Shown here: positions 19,399-29,362 of the stretch, one piece after another
Numbering within the stretch: the first letter of the stretch is position 1
How the letters are laid out: every line of letters starts with the position of its first letter
Source of the DNA: Candidatus Poribacteria bacterium
Lineage (GTDB): Bacteria > Poribacteria > WGA-4E > PCPOR2b
DNA length: 64,000 nucleotides
Direction of reading: 5' to 3'
Assembly (NCBI GenBank): GCA_965208675.1
Contig: OZ242351.1
Span: 3,616,001-3,680,000 of the forward strand
Made by a program: the position numbers and the translations under genes
Notes under the pieces: model-generated
Seen by the model: the letters and a program-made list of their open reading frames with translations, nothing else
Told to the model about the DNA's origin: nothing
Database searches by the model: none

Positions 19399-19612
19399 AA
19401 GAGATGGCCAGTCAAAAATTTTTTATAGCTTTTGTAGGTTGAATCTCGCCAGCCGCGACGCCCAACGATTTTGAAGCCTCCGGGAAACCAAATAGCGTTG
19501 TGTTACACTCCGTCAATCAAATTTTCCAATGCAATTGAACCATTTAACGCACGCGCCACATTGAAATTTTTATTGTCTACACCGCTTACCCCATCCCACG
19601 TAGACTTCCTAA

Positions 19613-19669
19613 CCTCGATTATCAATCAGTCGAATCCTCCATGTGTAAATTTGAACCAAAATGACTATA
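19613..19669 (+). repeat. 57-bp direct repeat, copy 2
   Basis: Matches 15164-15220. Confidence 0.85.
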
Positions 19670-19907
19670 TACTAGCACCATTGGTTATGAGAGTCTCTCT
19701 GCTGAAAATTGTTTTTTCTCAATTTCGTGGCGTATTGGATATGCTCCGACAGAGCGGGTGATACTAAATGTTAATTCCTCCTCAGAATCTTTTGAACCAG
19801 GGGTTGGGTTTATGTGGTTTCCCGAGTCCACCTCCACTGCGGTAGTAAACAAGCTGGTGACATCTAAAAGCCACGCGGTGCACAAGCTACTACACTAGTA
19901 AACTATC

Positions 19908-19942
19908 CAAAGCCCTGCATCAGCAGATGCAGGGCTTTTTTT
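19908..19942 (+). terminator. Rho-independent terminator with no adjacent CDS
   Basis: AAAGCCCTGCATC-AGCA-GATGCAGGGCTTTTTTT. Confidence 0.85.
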
Positions 19943-20236
19943 ACGTTTTGGAAACTCCTTGCAAATCTGGCTTGGCTGATTTAAAATTATGCGCGGCATG
20001 ATTATTCCCAAACGTATAATTTTGAGGGTTCAATCAACCAGTGCCTCAAATCCTGCAAATTATTCAATCACATAAATCACAGTTCAGGCAATAATCACCC
20101 TTACGGATGAAAGAAAACTAATGACTATGCAAATGGTTTGGCATTAAATCTAGCGTATGGTAGAATGTAAAGCGATGTCGAACCGCTCTAGCACAACGTA
20201 AGCTGAGATTCTTGAGTCGGATAGGAGAAAACGAAA

Positions 20237-21130
20237 TTGAGTGAACAATTGGGGTTGGGAGTGTTGGGTTTCGGCACGGCGAGCTACGAAATAACCAAAG
20301 GGCTTCATTCGGAGGGGGTGGCGGACAACCGCGTCTGGAAGCGCGAGCCGTGGAGCGATGAAGTCCAAGCGCGCGCAAATGACGCAGGTGTCATCCTGTG
20401 CAGCGAGGCAAACCAGGTTGCCGCTGCGTCGAACATTATCATTTCGCTAGTCGCACCGACCGCGGTCCCGGACGTGGCTCGGCAGGCATGTTCCGGAATC
20501 GCCGGTAAGTTCTATCTCGACCTAAACGCAGCGTCCCTCAAAACCAAGGAGGCGGCAGCGGCGGTAATACAAGAGGCAGGTGGTCGATTTATAGACGGCG
20601 CAATCATGGGGCCCCTGAAACGGCAACGCCACCAAGTCAGCACCGTAATCTCCGGTGAGGGGGCGGAAGAACTCGCTGGCGTACTGCAGGGTTGGGGCAT
20701 GGACGTGCGGGCGATTGGAACCAAAGTCGGGCTCGCTTCAACCGTCAAAATGATTCGAAGTGTCTACACCAAGGGCTTGGAGGCAATCGTCGTGGAGTTT
20801 ATGGTCGCCGCGCACCGTTACGGCGCCACCGAACAGGTGTTTGACTCACTAGAAGAAATTCTTGAGCTGGGGCCGTTCCTGCTCCCGTTCCGGCAGATGG
20901 TCTCTGAGCTAGTTCTCGAACAGGTAGAGTTCGCGGGGCGGAGAGCTGCCGAAATGGAACAGGTAGTTCTTACCATGGAGGAACTTGGCGTTGAACCGCT
21001 GTTGGCGCGCGGTACGCTACAGCGTCTCCGGTGGGTGGCGGATGAAATTAAACTCCGTGACCGCTTTGAAGGTCGGACGCCGTCTAACTACGGAGAAGTG
21101 CTAGATGCCATTGAATCGGCGGCTAAGTAA
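20237..21130 (+). CDS. NAD(P)-dependent beta-hydroxyacid dehydrogenase-like protein (6PGD/DUF1932 type)
   Basis: GVLGFG, FIDGAIMGP, ASTVKMIRSVYTKGLEA, RRAAEME. Confidence 0.85.
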   Translation: MSEQLGLGVLGFGTASYEITKGLHSEGVADNRVWKREPWSDEVQARANDAGVILCSEANQVAAASNIIISLVAPTAVPDVARQACSGIAGKFYLDLNAASLKTKEAAAAVIQEAGGRFIDGAIMGPLKRQRHQVSTVISGEGAEELAGVLQGWGMDVRAIGTKVGLASTVKMIRSVYTKGLEAIVVEFMVAAHRYGATEQVFDSLEEILELGPFLLPFRQMVSELVLEQVEFAGRRAAEMEQVVLTMEELGVEPLLARGTLQRLRWVADEIKLRDRFEGRTPSNYGEVLDAIESAAK

Positions 21131-21237
21131 GCGAGTTTGAAATTAGGGCAAGCGCCGTTGCCTAGAGTCAGGGTGACACGGCGGAGCCTTTGCCCGCAAG
21201 CGCAATCATACGAATCCTTTGCGAAAGGAGTATCCAA

Positions 21238-22065
21238 ATGATTATTGGCAATCCTATGATTTTCCTGAAATATCCTCTAGAAGAAGCGCTGCGTTCATTG
21301 GTTAAATTCGGGTTTGACGGCGTTGAACTTTGGCCGCCGCAAATTGAAGTGTGCAAAACGGACGAATTACGGAAGCAACTTGCAGAGCATATCTCCTCCT
21401 TGGGCCTGTCCCTCGTCGGATTGAATTGTGCAGACCCGCCTTACTTCGAGGCGCTTGACTCACCGGACGATGTCGAAGGAGTCGTTCAAGGGTTAAAACA
21501 GGACATTGATATCGCGGCTTCTATGGGAATGAGTCAACTCCTAAGCTGGGACGGGAGACGGCGAGAGAGTATGACGGACAGCGACCTTCACGGATGGGTA
21601 CTAGATGAAACCGTAAATATTTTCCGCGAAGCGGTTGCGTATGCTGAGACCAAGGGTATCACCATCACCGTGGAGATTCACCCTTTCACGGTGGGTATAG
21701 ACGTAGATTTTGCCTGCAAGCTGTATGACCGGGTTGATTCACCGTCGTTCGGTATCACTTATGACTCTTGTCACTTCGCAGTTGGATTGCCTAACGGCTA
21801 TATTGATGCCATCCCCAAGCTTGGGCATCGCATCAACAACGTTCATTTCGCCGACAGCGACAAACACAGTTCGGAATTGCATTTCGCACCCGGAACAGGA
21901 TGTTTGGATCTCGACGCTATTGTCAACGAATTGAAAGCGATTCGTTATCAGGGGCCCATGATGCTCGACCTCTGGCTATATCCTTTCCCGGAGGAGGGTT
22001 CAAAAATCGGTATGCCCTATATCCGTGACGTGATGAAAACCTTGGGATATCCGTCTGAAGCTTAG
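21238..22065 (+). CDS. Sugar phosphate isomerase/epimerase (xylose-isomerase-like TIM barrel)
   Basis: GFDGVELW, VEIHP, YDSCH, VHFADS, PGTG; AGGAG RBS before ATG 21238. Confidence 0.88.
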   Translation: MIIGNPMIFLKYPLEEALRSLVKFGFDGVELWPPQIEVCKTDELRKQLAEHISSLGLSLVGLNCADPPYFEALDSPDDVEGVVQGLKQDIDIAASMGMSQLLSWDGRRRESMTDSDLHGWVLDETVNIFREAVAYAETKGITITVEIHPFTVGIDVDFACKLYDRVDSPSFGITYDSCHFAVGLPNGYIDAIPKLGHRINNVHFADSDKHSSELHFAPGTGCLDLDAIVNELKAIRYQGPMMLDLWLYPFPEEGSKIGMPYIRDVMKTLGYPSEA

Positions 22066-22199
22066 TTAATGCAACCGCCTGGCGCCCCGCACGCTTCGAG
22101 GGTGGGTGCCGCCACCATGAAGCTGGTGTGCGTGTTTGTTTCCGCCTGAAGACGGTATTACGATTTGCGGCAAAACCTCGTTGAGCCGATGATTATCTC

Positions 22200-22532
22200 A
22201 TGAAAAAGTTCACCTGCTATCTATTATTGATTGTTTTCCTATTGGCCTCCATCTCAACTGCCCACAGCGTCAGCGTCAAAACCCGGGGGAAATTGACGCT
22301 GGCGGCAATTTTGTTCGGCATCGCGGCTTTGACGAAACATTTGGTCGATCGGGATAAACAGACTGTCGAAGCGCTCCATGCCAAGCTGGGCGAGCCGGAT
22401 CGAACTGTTGAATATGAACGCGGATTTGATGCCTGGCGAATTGAGTGGTATGGCAATCAAAAATACATCTTTCGCAATTATGTCTTCCAGAAAATGGTTG
22501 AATCGGTTCAAAGCCCCAACGGTTGCGATTGA
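22200..22532 (+). CDS. Small exported/membrane hypothetical protein
   Basis: Signal peptide, second hydrophobic stretch, LGEPD motif. Confidence 0.65.
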   Translation: MKKFTCYLLLIVFLLASISTAHSVSVKTRGKLTLAAILFGIAALTKHLVDRDKQTVEALHAKLGEPDRTVEYERGFDAWRIEWYGNQKYIFRNYVFQKMVESVQSPNGCD

Positions 22533-22757
22533 GTTGATGTATCAATCTTCGGTTCGACCCTGATACGGCTCAAAAGAACTGATATGATTCATATGCTGCT
22601 TCTACAACCCGACGCGGCGTGAGGAAAGTTTTCCCATTTTTTCTTGTGATTATTCAGTCTTTCGGGAATCCTAATTTACAGATTAATATTTGCCGATTCC
22701 TAAATTTCTCAATTCCGCTTGGACAAATTTTCGTAGCGCGAAGAAAGGCAGATCGTT

Positions 22758-23357
22758 TTGCGGACTTCGGATGAAGAATTGATGATGAAATGTCGGAACG
22801 GCGACATGAGCGCATTCGAATTGCTGGTCATGCGCTATAAGGACGTAATTATCAATTTCATTTACAGATCTATCGGCGATTATCACCGCGCGGAAGATCT
22901 CACACAGGAGACATTCCTGAGAGTTTTTAGAAATTCGAGCCGCTATGAACCTAAATCAAAGTTTAAAAATTGGATCTACCTTATTGCGACGAATCTATGC
23001 CGGAACGAAGTTCGTAATCGCAAGCGCCGAAATACAGTGTTCTTTGACGATTTGGTACCCGATGAAGACTATGAAAACTACCCTGCATTGATGCAGGATG
23101 TAAAAAATCTTCCCGACGAAATCTACGAGAAAAAAGAACAACAGTTAATCATTCAGGAAAAAATCAACTGCCTGCCGGACAATCAACGGTTGGCGCTAAT
23201 CCTCGTGACCTATCACGATTTGAGATATGAAGCCATCGCGGAAGTGCTTGACTGTTCTGTTAGCGCCGTGAAATCCCTCATTCATCGGGCACGGCAAAAG
23301 GTAAAAAAACACCTCGTGGAAGTGGGAATTGGAGAGAGTTCTAATGCTAAACTGTGA
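22758..23357 (+). CDS. ECF sigma-70 factor
   Basis: AEDLTQETFLRV..F.NWIYLIATNLC; SAVKSLIHRAR. Confidence 0.95.
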   Translation: MRTSDEELMMKCRNGDMSAFELLVMRYKDVIINFIYRSIGDYHRAEDLTQETFLRVFRNSSRYEPKSKFKNWIYLIATNLCRNEVRNRKRRNTVFFDDLVPDEDYENYPALMQDVKNLPDEIYEKKEQQLIIQEKINCLPDNQRLALILVTYHDLRYEAIAEVLDCSVSAVKSLIHRARQKVKKHLVEVGIGESSNAKL

Positions 23358-23892
23358 AGATGTTCAACCCCAGATATCCGCTTATTTGGATCGGGAGATG
23401 CCGTTGTGGAAAATACAACTGATTCAGTTGCATCTCAAACGCTGTTCACCTTGTGCGCATGAGAATATGCGCCTGCAGCAAACCCACAAAATGCTGGGGC
23501 GGCTTGATTCGATTAGAACGTCAAATGAATTCCTGTCCGATGTGATGCGTCGAGTCTCAACCATCTCAAGCATAGAGCGGCAACGAGTTTTGCCCATCCG
23601 GCGAATCTTTCGCAGGTTGGAGTCCTCACTGACATGGCTGCAGTATCGTTTCTGGACACGCCCCTCATCCTACGCTTTGGGGTTATCGTTTGCATTGATT
23701 GTTACGGCGGCGAGCATCGCGACATTCTATCAACCGTTCAAGCAATCAAATCTGTCAGGCTCAATGCACATGTTAGCCCGTTCTCAAACGCAGGAACCGT
23801 TTATTCATGTCAACGAAATATTCTCGGTCGATCGGTTTACAAAACCCCACCTAACTCCTAAACACCGATCAATAATCCAAACTAATCCTTGA
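23344..23892 (+). CDS. Zinc-binding anti-sigma factor (ZAS) with TM helix
   Basis: C..V...ISAYLDRE...HLKRCSPC; overlaps the ECF stop. Confidence 0.88.
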   Translation: MLNCEDVQPQISAYLDREMPLWKIQLIQLHLKRCSPCAHENMRLQQTHKMLGRLDSIRTSNEFLSDVMRRVSTISSIERQRVLPIRRIFRRLESSLTWLQYRFWTRPSSYALGLSFALIVTAASIATFYQPFKQSNLSGSMHMLARSQTQEPFIHVNEIFSVDRFTKPHLTPKHRSIIQTNP

Positions 23893-23906
23893 GATTCGTA
23901 AGCAAA

Positions 23907-25823
23907 CTACATGCTATAGGTCGGTATTTTGAGCACCACACCGATGACGCCCCAAATTGAGCCGCCTACGTAGTCTCCGAGAATTAGCCCGGCAAAAAAG
24001 GGAATCGCTTTTCGATACGCTTGCAATCCGCCGTGCCGTAGCACGACAGCCTTAATCGCCCAACTCACCAGCACGGGTAACCAGTAAAACGACATATCCC
24101 CCCACCGGCCGGTGCCGATGACGTAACCAATCGGATGGAAAGGCCACCAGAAAAACCGTAGTTTCATCGCTATCAAAAACAGCGTGAAGCCCAGCCCTGT
24201 GCCCATGGCGAGCATCGCGGCATAATCCACATCCGTCAGATAAATCAACCGCGTTTGCAAAGCATGAAAGGTGTGGCTCATCGGCACTAGTGTGTGACGC
24301 GCCCCGTAGCCGCCGAAATCATAAGAAAGGCCGAGATAAGTGATGAATGTTACGGGGATGCCGACTGCTAATCCTATCAGCATTGCCGCTAGGAGTTTTC
24401 TACTATCTATCCTTGCCTGACGACCGATATGAAAGGCTTCCAGTTGATTCGGCATGGGGTGTGCGGTATTGACGCGGTTCAACCAGAAAAAGAAGGACAG
24501 AACAGTTAAGCTGCTTGCGCCAATCATCCGCGTTCCCAGGGCTGACACCATCGTTGCCGCGGGGTCTTTGCCAATGACCTCGTGCATCGGCGGTCCCAAA
24601 CCGGCTCGGACTTTCGTCAGGCTAATCGCCATCAGGAAATAGATGCCGAAAAAGAGTAATACGCACCAAAGGGACGCCCCCGCCTTATATCCAAACAGAA
24701 GGACGCAAAGTACACCGCATATCGTTCCCCAAACTGCCCATTTATACGGCATCGGTTCCGCTGAATCATCCACATGATTTTTCCCCGGCATCGCCTGTTT
24801 GAAAACACGCTTCAAATGCCGCCGTCCAATCCATAAAGCGAGTATCCCTAACCCAATCCATGCTCCTTCCGATTGTTCGTCGAGATAGAGGTCGGTACGC
24901 CATCCCAAAACACTCTTCAGTACAAGCAGAAATTTGCCAAAAAAGTAAAAAAACCATGATGAAAAAGCCAAATCTAGGGGCATGAAAAAAGCCAAACCTA
25001 TCACAAAAGGCCGAGCAGTAAAAAGGATTGTGCCGACAGCATTCCAAGGTTTTTCTTGAAACAGGTGGGAAACGTTCTGGATTCCTATAGGGACAGAAGG
25101 AATAGCAGGATACAGAAAGTTGATGCCGTTGAGGACCTCAATCCCGCCGGCGACTCCAAACCCAGCCCACATTAACCGGTTCCTAAAGAAGCCTGTCGGG
25201 TTATTCCCCATTTCCAGCGGCAGCCAAGTGATGGGAAACGTTAACCGCTCATGTTCTGCAAACTGCTTCCTGAGTATCACATTCATGCAGATGAGGGTGA
25301 CGTATAGGACAAAAATAAAGGCGGACCACACAAGGAGCGTGGCGAGCCAACCCTCGACGTACTGAGCCATAAAAAACGATGATTCTCCCTCATAAAAACC
25401 GCGCAGTACCTCCTTGTCGCGGACGGTAAACCACCGAGGGATGTGGCCGCCGAATAGCTGCAACCAGTCATTTTCTGCTGTCTCGAACCAAAAAGGATAG
25501 GCAAGGATGTAGAGCAGGTACCCCATGTTTGTGTTTCCACTGAGCGTGGAAACCATGAGAACCATCACATAGATGACAAGGAGTTCGGAACGGTGGAACG
25601 CATATTGAGGACACGCTCGCCTCAACAAGAAATTCATGAGGACGAGCAAAAATAGGCAAAAGACGGTATTGATGAATAGTGAAATATAGGTGTGCAGTAT
25701 GCGCCCCGCCCACGTCGCCTCGTTCAGCCAGTAAGAATTTGCGATAATTAGGACGACGCCGATACACAGCGCTCTCAGTGTCAGACCGCTTGACCCGCTG
25801 TCAGACCGAGATGCGAACTCCAT
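23907..25823 (-). CDS. Large multi-pass membrane protein (DUF6784/DUF6785-like, putative transporter)
   Basis: Many TM helices; ERLTFPI, WWPFHPIGY, PFFAGLILGD motifs. Confidence 0.7.
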   Translation of the reverse strand: MEFASRSDSGSSGLTLRALCIGVVLIIANSYWLNEATWAGRILHTYISLFINTVFCLFLLVLMNFLLRRACPQYAFHRSELLVIYVMVLMVSTLSGNTNMGYLLYILAYPFWFETAENDWLQLFGGHIPRWFTVRDKEVLRGFYEGESSFFMAQYVEGWLATLLVWSAFIFVLYVTLICMNVILRKQFAEHERLTFPITWLPLEMGNNPTGFFRNRLMWAGFGVAGGIEVLNGINFLYPAIPSVPIGIQNVSHLFQEKPWNAVGTILFTARPFVIGLAFFMPLDLAFSSWFFYFFGKFLLVLKSVLGWRTDLYLDEQSEGAWIGLGILALWIGRRHLKRVFKQAMPGKNHVDDSAEPMPYKWAVWGTICGVLCVLLFGYKAGASLWCVLLFFGIYFLMAISLTKVRAGLGPPMHEVIGKDPAATMVSALGTRMIGASSLTVLSFFFWLNRVNTAHPMPNQLEAFHIGRQARIDSRKLLAAMLIGLAVGIPVTFITYLGLSYDFGGYGARHTLVPMSHTFHALQTRLIYLTDVDYAAMLAMGTGLGFTLFLIAMKLRFFWWPFHPIGYVIGTGRWGDMSFYWLPVLVSWAIKAVVLRHGGLQAYRKAIPFFAGLILGDYVGGSIWGVIGVVLKIPTYSM

Positions 25824-25901
25824 CTGATAAGCTCCTGTGGCGAGGGATTTCAGATGTTCCTCTCTTATGTAAAGATAGGATGCGGCGGTGATTCATCCGT
25901 G

Positions 25902-26417
25902 TCAGCTTTCCTTCGCCTCCCTCATCAACTGCCCGCGCAGAACGTAGTCGTTTTTTCCAAGTCGCATGCGTTCGAGTTCTTCCGCTGTGACATCCCGCCT
26001 AATTTGCGCCGGTATGCCTATCGCCAAAGATTTGGCAGAGATTTCCTGTCCTTCGCGTACTACAGCGCCCGCGCCGACAATTGCACCTGCGCCGATTTTG
26101 GCACCAGTGAGAATAATAGCCCCCATTGATATCATTGCGCCGTCACCAATTGTGCAGCCGTGAATAATTGCACCGTGGCCGATCGTCACATCATCGCCAA
26201 TTATAGCCGGGAAGTTTCTGTCCATATGCACAACTGCGCCATCCTGGATGTTGCTGCGCGCGCCGATTTCGATGCGGTCCACATCGCCGCGCAACACGCA
26301 ATTGAACCAAACACTCGATTTTTCGCCAATGGCAACATCTCCGATAATCATAGCACCTTCGGCGATGAAAGCGGATGGATGAATTCTTGGCGTTGTATTC
26401 TGATAGGCGATTAGCAT
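25902..26417 (-). CDS. Gamma carbonic anhydrase family protein
   Basis: Hexapeptide repeats; VLRGD, NIQDGAVVH, TIGHGAIIHGC. Confidence 0.93.
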   Translation of the reverse strand: MLIAYQNTTPRIHPSAFIAEGAMIIGDVAIGEKSSVWFNCVLRGDVDRIEIGARSNIQDGAVVHMDRNFPAIIGDDVTIGHGAIIHGCTIGDGAMISMGAIILTGAKIGAGAIVGAGAVVREGQEISAKSLAIGIPAQIRRDVTAEELERMRLGKNDYVLRGQLMREAKES

Positions 26418-26441
26418 TTTCCCTCCAAGATGGTTTATGTT

Positions 26442-28097
26442 CTAACTCAGCAGTTTTCGTAGTGATCGCTTTCCAGACAAGTAGGATAACCCCCAAACCC
26501 CAATCATCACGACCAAGGTTGCAGCGATGCCGAGTAGCTTTAGCACGCTGATCGACTCGTCGTCAAGTACTGCAATGCCCCAAATGAGTGTTGGACTCAA
26601 CAACACAGCATTAACGGCAATTGCAAAAAGAATCGTTGCGATTCGCGTAACTGGCCTCTTACTCGAATTCCGATACGACTCTCCAATTTCCGCCACCCAA
26701 GGAAGCGCCCCCATCGCTGTGTTGAATGAAATTGCAGCAGCCGTCGTAAATGTTGTCACAATTAGGATCGGCAGCCATAGTTCGAGGGACACCCGAAACA
26801 GAATCAGCCACAGGCAAAACCCAACATTTGTGTAAGCAACCGAACAACAGCTCGCTATCAAGATTTTGCTCGTGAAAAGTAACCCTGGTGAAACCGGTCC
26901 AGATTTTAGAATCCACCACGTTTTCGCCTCGGTTTTGAACCCGCCCCATGTGAATCCTAGCGTTATCATCACGCTAATTATCATGAATTGGATTCCTAGT
27001 GCAATGTATAGCGGGATTAACTCTCCTCGATCTGCTCCACTACTGTCCCTGATTTCAGATGCTGCCTGAACCATTCCCACTATTGCGATTAGTGTAAATA
27101 TAACAACCGTCGTCACCTGCTTCCTATCTCGAACAAACACCCGAAAATCTTTTGCTAGAATCGCACGAATCTGCCCACGCCCTATGAGAGAGTTGCCGGA
27201 TTGTTTTTTCACTTTTCGATCAGCCTTTACTTCCACACGTCTCGCATACTCCCAACTTCGATAGTAAACCTTGGACGCAATGAGCACGCTCAAAACTGAT
27301 ATTCCCACACCCACAGCAATCAGTTGGGTTCCCCAACGCAGGGCGTGCATATTCGATTCAGGGAGCCAAGCCATCATCATTTTTGCCACCCACATGTGAG
27401 GAAACCAATCGGATTCCGGCACTTTCAACCGCTCGAGCGTAAATTCGGCAGCCAAATCCGCACCAAGGAAACTCACTGCTATAAGAAATCCGGCGGCTAA
27501 CCCAATGGTCGAACCGAGAATTTTTAAGACTTTTATCATCAGCCCCGACGAAAAAAAACGTACAATCAACATAGTTAATATGGAAATTGCGCTCACAACG
27601 ATTACAAGCAAGCAGAAACACGCCGGGAGAAGCGCAACGTAGAAATGCCAAGGCAGATGAAAAAGTTGACCGACAGCGAACCAAGGTGGGAGTAGCCAGA
27701 TGACCATACTCAAGGAATTCGCGGCGATGATTTGGATTAATTTAAACCCAAAAACAACAGAAGGCGGCAGCGGTGATGATAAAAGCAGCGATGTATCCGG
27801 TACCTCGTACAATTCCTTCATTGTACGCGCCATCGCATCCGTCATTAAGACGCAAATACCAAGCGTCATGAAGATATTAATTGTGCGTATTATCGTTGCA
27901 TTGCCCGGTTGGATTTCCACCGCTCTGAATACAGCGCGGCCTAACCAATAGAGTGCAGCAATCAGCACGAAGAAACCGAAAATCTCTATAGCCCTTTTGC
28001 GCTTCTCATTCGAAACGTATCGAAAACCATTCGTCCAACCGTACCAACTGGTTTTGAGTAAGATTGCTAATGTGCGCATGATCAGTAGCGAGTACAC
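26442..28097 (-). CDS. ABC exporter permease
   Basis: Multi-TM; LLSSP; ILAKDFRVFVRD; adjacent to ABC ATPase. Confidence 0.8.
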   Translation of the reverse strand: MYSLLIMRTLAILLKTSWYGWTNGFRYVSNEKRKRAIEIFGFFVLIAALYWLGRAVFRAVEIQPGNATIIRTINIFMTLGICVLMTDAMARTMKELYEVPDTSLLLSSPLPPSVVFGFKLIQIIAANSLSMVIWLLPPWFAVGQLFHLPWHFYVALLPACFCLLVIVVSAISILTMLIVRFFSSGLMIKVLKILGSTIGLAAGFLIAVSFLGADLAAEFTLERLKVPESDWFPHMWVAKMMMAWLPESNMHALRWGTQLIAVGVGISVLSVLIASKVYYRSWEYARRVEVKADRKVKKQSGNSLIGRGQIRAILAKDFRVFVRDRKQVTTVVIFTLIAIVGMVQAASEIRDSSGADRGELIPLYIALGIQFMIISVMITLGFTWGGFKTEAKTWWILKSGPVSPGLLFTSKILIASCCSVAYTNVGFCLWLILFRVSLELWLPILIVTTFTTAAAISFNTAMGALPWVAEIGESYRNSSKRPVTRIATILFAIAVNAVLLSPTLIWGIAVLDDESISVLKLLGIAATLVVMIGVWGLSYLSGKRSLRKLLS

Positions 28098-28128
28098 TGA
28101 TGTGTTGAATTACGCCGGTTACCTACAA

Positions 28129-28887
28129 CTATTCCGATAAAATCTTCACCATCTCACTATCCTCAACGTCTCCTGTGAGTTCCAAGAAAATCTCCTCCAA
28201 GTTCCTATCCACCGCGGTATTGTCTTGGCGTAGCTCATCCATCGTGCCGACTGTGACAAGTTTTCCCTCGTTGATGATACCAATTCGGTCACAGACCCGC
28301 TCCGCAATCTCTAAGATGTGTGTGCTCATGAACACTGTGCAACCGCGGTCACAAAGAAGGCGCAATATCTCCTTTACTGTACGAGCGCTTTTGGGATCAA
28401 GTCCGCTTGTCGGTTCGTCAAGAAATAGCACACGCGGTTCATGCACGAGCACGGCGGTCAAGAGAATCTTCTTCTGCATGCCGTAGGAATAGCTTTTGAT
28501 TAGTTCATCCTCGGCATCGACCAGATCCAGCATCTCCAACAGCTCCGCCATGCGTCTCTCGGATCGCTGCGAAGGTATTTCGTACAAATCTGCGATGAAA
28601 CGGACATACTGGCGTCCCGTCAAGGTATCGTAGAGATAGGGAGTGTCGGGCATAAGTCCTGTTAACGCCTTTGCCTGTAGCCCTTGGGTTTTAATATCAT
28701 ACCCGCAAATCGCCGCCGTTCCCGCGGTAGGGCGGATTAACCCGGTTAGCATATTTATCGTGGTGGTTTTTCCAGCACCGTTCGGGCCCAAGAAGCCAAA
28801 GAGTTCTCCGGATTCAATCCGCATCGTCAGGCGATCCACTGCAGTAAACTTGCCAAAAAATTTGGTCAGATTGGTTATTGTAATCAT
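28129..28887 (-). CDS. ABC transporter ATP-binding protein
   Basis: GPNGAGKT, YSYGM, LDEPTSGLDP, STH. Confidence 0.95.
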   Translation of the reverse strand: MITITNLTKFFGKFTAVDRLTMRIESGELFGFLGPNGAGKTTTINMLTGLIRPTAGTAAICGYDIKTQGLQAKALTGLMPDTPYLYDTLTGRQYVRFIADLYEIPSQRSERRMAELLEMLDLVDAEDELIKSYSYGMQKKILLTAVLVHEPRVLFLDEPTSGLDPKSARTVKEILRLLCDRGCTVFMSTHILEIAERVCDRIGIINEGKLVTVGTMDELRQDNTAVDRNLEEIFLELTGDVEDSEMVKILSE

Positions 28888-29208
28888 AGGGTGATGGCTT
28901 GTAAATTCGCCAGAATGAAATTTCCCTTGATTTGTCGGTTTCTGGTATATATCCTAATCTCCAGTATTATAAAGCCAAGTAGAAGGATTGAACAAGTGGA
29001 AATCGCCCTTGCCATGTGAACCTTCGGTATACACCTTTCGGTGATATTCGGTTCTCCCTTAAAAAATTCGTTCCCGTTCTTAGGTAAAATAGAACAGAGT
29101 TAACCCCATGAGCGATTGTCGCAGATGCATCATGCTCCTCTGTCAAATCTCACTCACTAAACCTCTCTTTTGAGTTGCCCATACCACTCTTTCGAAAGGG
29201 ATTTCCTG

Positions 29209-29237
29209 TTGACGAGATGCGGGCAGTTGAGTATAAT
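29209..29237 (+). promoter_or_regulatory. Sigma70-type promoter
   Basis: TTGACG-N17-TATAAT. Confidence 0.6.
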
Positions 29238-29362
29238 GTCGAAACGCTTTAAATCAGGTGGTTGCGCTGGATTGAAGGCACGGGGTTTTTTCGTACAGAA
29301 TGTTGTCAGTTGGTCCGGATTCTATATAACGGTATTTTAATTCACGATATTTATCTGGAAGA

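Noticed and set aside
19785-19900. 6S RNA or T-box
   Set aside because: Only TTGAACC-like similarity; no long rod structure or T-box consensus recognisable
29170-29210. c-di-GMP-I riboswitch-like TTCGAAAG hairpin
   Set aside because: Lacks the GGCAAA/GACGCAAA and P3 elements
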